Below, piece by piece: positions 25,636 to 34,476 of a stretch of DNA of 34,476 bases (positions within the stretch are counted from its first letter, which is position 1; each line of letters starts with the position of its first letter). Position numbers and translations under genes: made by a program. Source of the DNA: Seison nebaliae (lineage: Eukaryota); NCBI GenBank assembly GCA_023231475.1, contig JALJEE010002055.1:62001-96476 (forward strand), given 5' to 3'. Under the pieces are notes generated by a model. The model was not told the origin of the DNA. It worked only from the letters and a program-made list of their open reading frames with translations, and did not search any database.

Positions 25636-26546
25636 ATTGACTAAAAATGGAACTGATGAACAACTTTGATGAAAGTTGATTTCACGATTGAACAAATCGA
25701 AAACTCGTTTCAAATGTTCTTCATGTTCATTAAATAAACACTGATCTACGAGCACACCTACTGGTCATTTGAGCAATAATTTAGAATTAAACACGAACTC
25801 CGGATTAACAAAATAAACAAATGTCAATCGATTTCTTCTCAACTTCACAACACAACTCCACCAGATATATTTGAAAGAGAATCACCTCCAAAAATTGAAT
25901 AGTCCAAAATTCGTCAACTAACTTTTTCGATTCTTTTATTGGAATTCCTAATAAATTCAAATATTTCAGAAAGAGTAAGACAGCAATGATTGCACCATTT
26001 CGCCATGCATGTCATTCATATGATTAGACGATGATATTCTTACTGGAATTTTTCATCATATTCTAAGATTATTAAAGTCCACCGAAATGCTAATCGATGC
26101 TTATTCATAACGATCTTTTTATATGATCAACAAGAAATATCACACAATTTTGACTCTCCAACAATATCGAGTATCTCGTATGGAACTGATGCTTTCTAGG
26201 TGCAATTACCATTACGAATATAAAACTAACCGGTAGAGATTTTAAATAATTTAACGGGCCGATAATTGACCAAATGTCATCACTGGTAACTTTTAGGACG
26301 ATTTCTTTAGAAAACGGTAAATAAATTCAGATAACGTTAATATAAAGACGGTTACGCAAGATAAGTCATCAATTCCCCAAACTTCTAAAACGGATAAATA
26401 ATATGCAGTGACAAAAATTACAATTTTAGATCTTGAAAACAATTAAACCACCATAAATTGACATAAATGACATTGACCGAAAATTATAAATATAAAATTC
26501 AAATATTTCAAATTGAGAAATATCATTCAAACTTCTTAAAGTTGTA

Positions 26547-26618
26547 TCCCATGTGGTCTAGGGTTTAGGATTTTGCACCCTCACGGCGACGGCCCGGGTT
26601 TGATTCCCGGTGTGGGAG
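26547..26618 (+). pseudogene. Degenerate tRNA-Glu(CTC)
   Basis: Copy of the downstream tRNA-Glu with T-loop TTTGA instead of TTCGA (B box hit), U33 changed to C, and an A.G mismatch closing the anticodon stem. Confidence 0.8.
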
Positions 26619-26971
26619 AAATTTTTTTCATGTTTCTTTCCAGGTATTGAAGAATGTGTCATCTAATCAAATTTTGGGATTAAAAGACAACAATTATCTG
26701 ATGTTCTTTAACTAGTCAATCATACAGGAAAGTTTTGCAAGACGATCGATGAAATCGAATGAGATCATGATAATGAGAATTTTCAATGAATTTCCACATA
26801 AACTCTGTCGACTCATTTTCATATGTTGGAAAGAAGAAATATATATGCGCCGCATTACCAACATCCAAATACAGGAGATGTAAGAATATTTTAGTTTATA
26901 AATAATTGATGTATCACACAAATTGTGCATTGAAAAAAAATTAAATTATTTCAAAATCATAATTATGGAAA

Positions 26972-27657
26972 TTAATTCTCTCCCTGAACGATTTCTGCTT
27001 CGAAAACTGAGTTTTGAATAATAAACGGCCGGTAACAATTTGGAGGTGCCATAATTATTTTTGGATCCATCGCAGAGACTTCTTCGGTCAATACTTTCAT
27101 ACTTTTATGGAGAGAATCTATAAAAAAAATTTAAAATATAATTCTATAAGTTCTATTATCTAACTTCCATATTTCATTGAAAAACGGACATTTCGGGTGT
27201 GGTACGATGGCTTCCAACACGCTTCAAGTCCCGAGGAACTTGCGTCTCCTATTAGAAATGTACCATTTCTCATATAACCATTCCAAATAACCCCATATTT
27301 CTCGTTATCTGGCTCATCACCTAACCAAAGTTTACACTTAGGTCCATCATTGTACATTTTTGACTGATATTTATCGCGCCATTGCCCATAAGTGCTAAAT
27401 ACATCCAATCCAAGATTAATCGGACCTCTTTGGAGAACAGGATAAATGACATCTGTAGTGTATTGCAAGAAATCCATATCCCACACTTGTAATTCAGACC
27501 AGTCGAATCCCAAACTTTCACATGTCAGAGAAGTTCCTATAGGACTTGCGATTATAATTTCACTGGAATAATATTGGCCCATATAATTGAAAGAATAATT
27601 TTCTTCTTTCGAAAGATTTATTCTTAATACAATCAAGAAGTAAAAGAACATAAACAT
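26972..27657 (-). CDS. Secreted C-type-lectin-like protein, copy 2 (~212 aa)
   Basis: Close paralogue of copy 1. Exons 27657-27165 and 27117-26972, with the same 47-nt intron. Confidence 0.7.
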
Positions 27658-28241
27658 GTTGACTAAGAATGGAACTGATGAAAATTGACAAAAATTTTTT
27701 TTTTTTTTTATTAAGACGTGGAATCTCCTTAGGGTAATTTTTATATGAAATATATTTCTCGATTGAACAAATGGAAAACTCGTTTCAAATGTTCTTCATG
27801 TTCATTAAATAAACACTGATCTACGAGCATACCTACTGATCATTTGAGCAATAATTCGAATTAAACACGAACTCCGGATTATCAAAATAAAGAAATGTCA
27901 ATCGATTTCTTCTCAACTTCACAGCACAATTGCATCAGATTCATTTGAACGACAATGAAATAACTTTATACCAAGCAAACATAAAGAACATCTACTTGCT
28001 TATTTCAGCATTTGAAAATTTTTATAATAATTGAATATACTGTTCAATATAGAACTATAATGATATAGAAAATCACCTCATCTGCGTATCTCAAATAACT
28101 ATTTCAATTGAATGTTAATTATAGAAAATTTCTTCTTACATTTCATTTTATTAAAGTTTATTTTATATGTTGGTAATTCACTCGACGAAGTGTAAATGTT
28201 AAATGAAATGGTAAATATCAACTACACGTTTTTCTCATGTG

Positions 28242-28313
28242 TCCCATGTGGTCTAGGGGTTAGGATTTCGCCCTCTCACGGCGACGGCCCGGGTTCGATT
28301 CCCGGCGTGGGAG
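28242..28313 (+). tRNA. tRNA-Glu (anticodon CTC)
   Basis: Cloverleaf with acceptor stem TCCCATG/CGTGGGA, anticodon arm TCGCC-CT CTC AC-GGCGA, T arm CCGGG-TTCGATT-CCCGG, and a downstream T-run terminator. Confidence 0.95.
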
Positions 28314-28397
28314 ATAATTTTTTATTGCGGATGAAACAAATTCGAGCTTATATTATAAAAGAAATTTAAGTTATATTCATTTTTAATTTCCTGGTAC

Positions 28398-28574
28398 GTT
28401 TCATCTTATTATAATTAATTTCACAGCAAATTAATTCCTTTCAAAATTTTTTGTTGCCATTCTATCATTTGAATGGATAAAATTAATTGGAATTTATAAA
28501 ATAACCGAAATTTAATTTAAATTCATTTAAAATTTCCTCGCATGTTTCATCTTATTATAATTAATTTCACAGCA
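28398..28574. repeat. 31-bp direct repeat GTTTCATCTTATTATAATTAATTTCACAGCA (28398-28428 and 28544-28574)
   Basis: Read directly; lies in the spacer between two tRNA genes. Confidence 0.85.
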
Positions 28575-28644
28575 CGATCAAAGAATTGACAACATGTACG
28601 CATAATGCAAAATTATAAATATCATTTACACATCATCAAATATG

Positions 28645-28716
28645 TCCCATGTGGTCTAGGGGTTAGGATTTCGCCCTTTCACGGCGACGGCCCGGGTTCG
28701 ATTCCCGGCGTGGGAG
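28645..28716 (+). tRNA. tRNA-Glu (anticodon TTC)
   Basis: Same cloverleaf with loop CT TTC AC; T-run downstream. Confidence 0.96.
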
Positions 28717-28883
28717 AAATTTTTTCAATTTTAATACAGTAATTTTACTATTACTGACATTTGAACAGAATGACAGTTGTACATCTATGTAGGATAAACT
28801 GATTCTTTCGTTCCGATAGATAAAAAAATAGTAAATATGAAATTTGAATATTTCAAAATTTCATTTACACACTTTACAATGTG

Positions 28884-28955
28884 TCCCATGTGGTCTAGGG
28901 GTTAGGATTTCGCCCTTTCACGGCGACGGCCCGGGTTCGATTCCCGGCGTGGGAG
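28884..28955 (+). tRNA. tRNA-Glu (anticodon TTC)
   Basis: Identical to 28645-28716; T-run downstream. Confidence 0.96.
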
Positions 28956-29161
28956 TAATTTTTTTCGTAATTCAAACTCAAAATATGATACGGAAAGATT
29001 AAATTCTCATTAAAATTGTTCCTCGAAGTGTCAGAATCGTCAAATAAACATTTAGACAAAGAATAATTTTTTGAAAAAAATTTTGACAACAAGTTTTTGA
29101 AATTGAAAAGAACATGAAACGGAATGAGAAGTATTATCGTTGGCCTCTCGAGAACAATAAT

Positions 29162-32100
29162 TCATTTATATGACAAATGACAACTAAGGGAATGTTCGAT
29201 ATTTTCTAAATTATCATTCTTCCTCTTTCCATACGATTTCACCTGTTCCTCGGTGATGCGACCCAGACTAAAATATTGACTCTCTTCATTGAACAATAAA
29301 CCTGAAATATTCAATTAAAAATGCGTCAGTGAAAGAGAGATTGAACCTGAAACGGACGCGGCCGGAATCATCGAGTAAGTGGATGATAATTGGACATTAA
29401 TCCGCTTCTCCACATCTAACAGTTTCCATAATTTCAATTTTTCTGAATGATCAGGTTGTGTGGGATAACCAAAAGCTGGCCGTATACCCTATCGGAAGAT
29501 GAGACTGAGACTGGAAATGAAATAGAAATTAGGAAACTTTCATTTTCAATTTTAATAAATTTTTGAAATTTTCGGGTTCCTCTTTCAAACACTCAAACGG
29601 CCAATATTCGGTTCTCACTTTAAAATGAAGAAATTCGGCGAATGCTTCCGCCAATCGATCCGCTAACGCCTTCACCATAATACTCCTAATTTAATTGATA
29701 TAAGTGGAAATAAAAGAATTGGAACTTGTAATCATCCAATTCTTCTTTCTCGTATTTCTCCGCTAATTCTTGTGCGCCATGAATGGTGGCGACGAATGCT
29801 CCAATATATCGACTTTCATCCTTTTCTGATGCGACGAAATCGGAAAGACAAAAACAATTTTTCTCATCGTCTCGTTTCTCCATTTGTCGGAGACAATTGA
29901 AAGTTTCAATTACTTTTCCATCATTCTCATCAATTAATTCGATATCATCAATGCAATTAATGGATTGACGACATTTCCAGAAAGTGAAAAGTGCCTTCGC
30001 TTCCAATTTGGATGAGATGTTATCTAACATCCGTTCAGCTTCATCGAACAATTTCTTCGCTTCACTTCCCACTCGTTTGTCATTGAATATTCTCGGATAA
30101 TCTGAATTTGGATATCTCCCACGTAATTGCCAAATGGAGAAAAATTGTTTCCAATCGATAAATTTCCGAATCGTCTCGATATTTCCAGAAAGATTTATCG
30201 TTTTTTCAAGTGGCGATGACGGTTTGATGATCGGAGATGATTGAGACAATCGATATCGTCTCGAACGAGCTTCTTCCAACGAATAATATTCGTGAGTGGT
30301 CAAATGGTCGAAATAATTGTTTCTAATATCTGAATATTCTTCATTGATCTCGTTCAGATATTCATTCACCGTTTCACCATTCAACAATTCCGAACAAACG
30401 TTGATACTTTTCGCAGCGTCCAACACGTGAACGACGGGCCATTTCCGTTTTCTGGCGATTTTGATGGCCGTATGTTTCTTCGACGTTGTCGCCCCGCCGA
30501 TAATCAACGGAATTTTTATGTTCAATCTCTCCAATTCACTCGCAACAAATTGCATTTCCATTAACGACGGTGTAATCAGACCGGAAAGACCGAGAATGTC
30601 CGGTCGATATTTGTCGATTGCCTCAATGATTTTCTCGCATGACGTCATTATACCGAGATCGATAACATTGTAATTGTTACAACGAAGCACCACAGCTACT
30701 ATGTTCTTGCCGATGTCATGAACATCGCCTTTAACCGTTGCTATGACAACGGTACCACTATATCTAATGTCGTTGACGTCGTTGGTGGTGGATTGCATTT
30801 CCTTCACCAAATGAGCCACCGCCTTCTTCATTACACGAGCAGATTTGATGACTTGAGGAAGAAATAATTTCCCTTCACCAAACAAATCGCCAATAATTCC
30901 CATGGCATTCATTAACGGTCCTTGAATCACATCTAACGGTTTTCCATATCGTCCACAATTCAAACATTCTTCCGCATCTTCGATCACAAATTCGTCCACG
31001 CCATGTAAAAGTGAATAATTGATACGATCTTCTACACTCTTCTCTATTCGCCATTCATATCGTCTTTCGGTTTTGGGACCGTTTTCACTTTTCTCATTTG
31101 TCGCATATGCCAACAAATCTTCGGTGGCTCGATTATCCGTATTCATAATCAATCTCCGACATATATCACTCAATTGTCCGTTGATTTCTGTGACGATTGG
31201 TAATCGACCTGCATTCACAATTCCCATATCTAAACCTGCAGGAATGGCATATGATAGGAAAATCGCATTCAACGCCTCTCGCACTACACCGAGCCCGCGG
31301 AAGGAGAAAGATAAATTGGATACTCCCCCCGAAATTTTAGCGAGAGGACATTCATTTTTAATGAGTTTGAGAGCTTCGAGAAATGCTCGAGCATAATCGT
31401 CATGTTCTTCCATTCCGGTGGAGATGGTGAGAATATTTGGATCGAAAACGATATCATTTCCATTCCATCCATTCTCTATTAATAAATCATAACTTTTCTT
31501 ACAAATTTTCAATTTCCGTTCAACCGACACAGCTTGTCCTTGTCCGTCGAATGCGATGGCGATGACGGCACAACCATACATACGGATTCGATTTGCTTTC
31601 TTCAAAAATTCTTCTTCTCCTTCTTTCAATGAGATGGAATTGACGAGACATTTCCCTTGACAACAACGAAGACCTTCTTCAATCACTTCGAATATGGAGG
31701 AATCGATACAGAAAGGAACTTCTGATATATTCGGTTCGCTCTGCATCAAATTTAAAAGTTTTCTCATCGTTCTCTTCCCATCGATCATTCCATCATCCAC
31801 ATTAATATCGATGATTTGTGCACCATCCTCAATTTGTCTTCTCGCCATTTTTAAGATGTCGTCATATTTCTCTTCGCGGAGAAGTCGTGCAAACATTCTA
31901 GAACCCGCCACATTACATCGTTCACCGATATTACAAAAATTGAGATCGTGCCCAATTTTCTGCACGAGCAGCCCACTCAATTTCAAATATTTCTCATCAT
32001 CTTTCTCATGTTTCTGTTCAGAGAATGTGTCAATCTCTCTCCAAATATTTTTCTCTCTCAATTCATTCCGAATATCGTCCAACACTTTAATATGTTCCGG

Positions 32101-33081
32101 ACGACAACCACAACAACCACCGATCATGTGCACAATTCCCTCATGTAGCCACTTGTACACACATTCACCAAATTCTTCCGGTGTCATATCATATTCGCCC
32201 AATTCGTTTGGCAAACCGGCATTTGGATAACAGAACATATAAATGGATTTTGGTACGACCGTTTTGAGTTGTCGGAGAAAATTTTCCATTTGACGCGGAC
32301 CCAATGCACAATTCATGCCCATCGCGAATGGTTTTGCATGAATGACGGAAGTGACGAATGCGTCGATATTCTGGCCGGATAATGTCCTTCCTGAATTATC
32401 GATAATCGTCACACTAATAAATAAAGGAATTCTTTCGCATTGATGGAAATTATATGGAAATCGTTTTTCTAATATTTCCGTTTCACGAAAATCGATATTA
32501 TTGAAAACGCCTTCGATAGCAAAAATTGCTGCTTTCGCATTCGCCGTATCAAATATTGTTTCAACAAATAACATGTCCACTCCACTATCGATAAGCGCCA
32601 CCACTTGTTCCTGATAGGCACAAGCCAATTCCATCCATTCGACGTTACGGAAATCAGGTTCGTCAACTTTGGGCGAAATTGACAAAGTTCTGTTTGTCGG
32701 TCCAATCGATCCGGCAACGAATAAATCCTTTTCACAATTCTTCTCCACTAATCGACGAGCTAATTTTCCCGCTTCAAAATTCATTTGATAAACAAATTCT
32801 TCCATCAAATAATCAGATTGTGAAATTGCGTTGGCGTTAAACGTATTCGTCTCAATGATATTCGCACCAGCATCAATATATGTCTGATGAATATCTTCGA
32901 TGATTTTCGGTTGTGTCAACGTCAATAAATCATTATTTCCTTTCAACGATTTTTCATGATTTTTCCATTTCTGCCCAGCATAATCGCTTTCGCTCAGACA
33001 TTTCGTCTGAATCATAGTTCCCATAGCGCCATCAATTATCAATGGAGAATCGATCAATAATCTCTTTAATTTCTCTTCCAT
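29162..33081 (-). CDS. MTR: Cobalamin-dependent methionine synthase (~1261 aa, 4 exons)
   Basis: Exons 33081-29726, 29685-29538, 29488-29347 and 29301-29162 are in phase. Motifs: [14 protein letters not shown] (Zn), [25 protein letters not shown] (B12-binding DxHxxG), [21 protein letters not shown] and [14 protein letters not shown]. Confidence 0.97.
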
Positions 33082-33419
33082 CTTCTCACACGAAATTATG
33101 TTTAAAATAATTTAGTTTGAATTTATTTTAATATTTTTTAAATGAATGATTCGAATGATTTTCGTTCGATAATTTGTCACCTCATTTATCATGTGGTCTC
33201 AATCCGACGGAATTCATCTTCATCATTCAATTCGAATTTCTATCAAAGTTCAAGAAAAATTTTTTTGAATGTTCAAAAGAAATTATTTGAAAAAAAATTA
33301 TTTTCAAATTTTATGCTTTCAACAACAACAGTCTTAACAACAACAGTATTCATTGGAACAATGTGAAAAGTTCGTTAGAATTTCTTTTTGTGTCATGGAA
33401 AAGATATGAATATTTATAT

Positions 33420-33780
33420 CTTCCCTCCGAGTTACGTCGACGCCGATCGGCCACTCGGAGGGATGCATAAAGGGTTTTAATAAAAGCCTATAATAAGGGT
33501 TTATAGGTCTCCACCACCTCCATGGTTATTCACCATACTCCGAGGGGGTGGAGACATAGAAGCTGAGGCAATTCGGTCTCGAGAGTTATCGAATAATTCT
33601 CCGGGACCGAAACCTCCAAGGGAAAAAGAAAGCTATTTCGGGAATTATCGAATAATTTCCGAAGTTAGCTCCTTTCCCCGAAAAGGGAGCATCATCTAGG
33701 GCCTTTCAAATAAATCTTCAATTTATTCGAGAATTATCGAATAATTTAGTGATCTAGGCTTTTAACAGACACTAGCTAAA
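33420..33780 (+). ncRNA. Candidate structured RNA element B (unknown family)
   Basis: GC-enriched island made almost entirely of stems: 33422-33432/33453-33463, 33507-33515/33547-33555, 33572-33589/33593-33611, 33636-33648/33652-33664, and a 10-bp long-range helix 33481-33490/33755-33764. G.U wobbles favour the + strand. Confidence 0.5.
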
Positions 33781-33945
33781 CAATTTATTATGAGCATCAA
33801 AATATCATCTTACCAAAATATATTCTTATGAACTTTTGAATCATGAAAATCCATTACACATCTATAACGAGTTCTCAATTAACAACACTATCTTGCCCCT
33901 ACAAATACATTCGCAATTCTCAATGTTCAATTGAATAATTATTAT

Positions 33946-34108
33946 CCAAATTCTTAATTTACAACAATATATTACCATTATCAATTTTTAAACCATACAC
34001 TTTTCAGACACTTTTCTCTCAACACAAGAAATTCATACCAAATTCTTAATTTACCACAATATATTACCAGAAGAAATCTGTAACGATTTCTCAATTTACA
34101 ACAATATA
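33946..34108. repeat. Dispersed 32-bp direct repeat CCAAATTCTTAATTTACMACAATATATTACCA (33946-33978, 34038-34069; partial third copy near 34092)
   Basis: Read directly; sits in a strongly G-poor tract. Confidence 0.8.
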
Positions 34109-34273
34109 TCATCAAAATATATTCTCAATCAACTCATACCTAAATCTCATAAGTCTAGCAATAATTATATTTCAATTATTTTCATTCATTATGATCTGAT
34201 TCGATCTTATAATAATATGAATTTTACTGAAATAAAATCTTTCTCTTTTAATTCTTTTCTGATAATTAATAAA

Positions 34274-34476
34274 CATGATAAATTGACAATGAAACGAATA
34301 TAAAAATTCAGATTAAAAAGAAGATAATATTTCCGATATGCGGTTCGTGATCTATTAAGAAAAGCGGAAGAACAGAAATATGAAGAATTGGTTCTTGAGA
34401 ACAACACGTCAAAATTCTGGTCACTGATGAGAAGAAAGGTACAAAATACGTCAATCATTAGAATTGATGATTTTGT
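34274..34476 (+). mobile_element. Probable decayed non-LTR retrotransposon ORF2 fragment (endonuclease-RT linker), running off the window
   Basis: The + frame reads HDKLTMKRI*KFRLKRR*YFRYAVRDLLRKAEEQKYEELVLENNTSKFWSLMRRK..., resembling the (Y/F)xYAxR...N.xKFW..++ linker of CR1/L2-type ORF2. Two in-frame TAA stops. Confidence 0.5.

Larger units (their letters stand above)
24935..27945. repeat. Direct segmental duplication of ~0.95 kb (about 24935-25875 vs 26969-27945)
   Basis: Near-identical sequence over the lectin gene and ~240 bp of upstream DNA; copy 2 has extra sequence at about 27682-27757. Confidence 0.9.

Noticed and set aside
25636..25755. N-terminal extension of lectin copy 1 from a GTG start
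   Set aside because: Non-ATG start, disrupted in copy 2; the ATG at 25635 begins a signal-like peptide in both copies.
29783..32735. Several ORFs overlapping MTR (likewise inside the 1450-aa gene and HDAC3)
   Set aside because: Antisense or alternative-frame shadows of long real CDSs, with no motifs.
29162..33081. Bacterial metH acquired by horizontal transfer
   Set aside because: It has spliceosomal introns and the eukaryote-type WQLRGRYPN segment; MTR is a normal animal gene.
33563..33613. Hammerhead ribozyme (CTGA...GAAAC)
   Set aside because: The core reads CTGAGGC rather than CTGANGA, and the GAAA is sequestered in the stem.
33420..33780. Cobalamin or SAM riboswitch upstream of methionine synthase
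   Set aside because: No B12-box or SAM aptamer consensus is visible, the wobble pairs favour the strand opposite to MTR, and such riboswitches are not established in animals.
34298..34327. TAA reassignment (alternative genetic code) suggested by in-frame stops
   Set aside because: Intact genes here end in TAA, TGA or TAG and have no internal stops; decay of a transposon copy is the simpler explanation.

Overview
AT-rich, very gene-dense eukaryotic genomic DNA with small GT-AG introns (40-86 nt). The gene set is animal-like and suggests a compact invertebrate genome; the taxon cannot be determined from this window. I assembled spliced models by hand and checked exon phases. Genes: a secreted two-SUEL-lectin protein with low-complexity blocks; TTLL7-like tubulin polyglutamylase (10 exons); a 1.47-kaa CARD-like protein; an SRSF3/7-like RRM/Zn-knuckle protein; an unknown 399-aa protein; phospholipid scramblase; a RING protein; a single-LIM CRP/MLP-type protein missing from the ORF track; HDAC3; ELP5; a coiled-coil protein; two duplicated C-type-lectin-like genes; and cobalamin-dependent methionine synthase (MTR). 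There are also three tRNA-Glu genes plus one pseudogene, and a decayed LINE-like fragment at the right edge. Two things stand out. First, two unannotated, heavily base-paired intergenic elements (about 21.6-22.15 kb and 33.42-33.78 kb) share motifs and architecture and are a candidate novel structured RNA family. Second, 29 of 31 modelled introns start GTT instead of the usual GTA/GTG.
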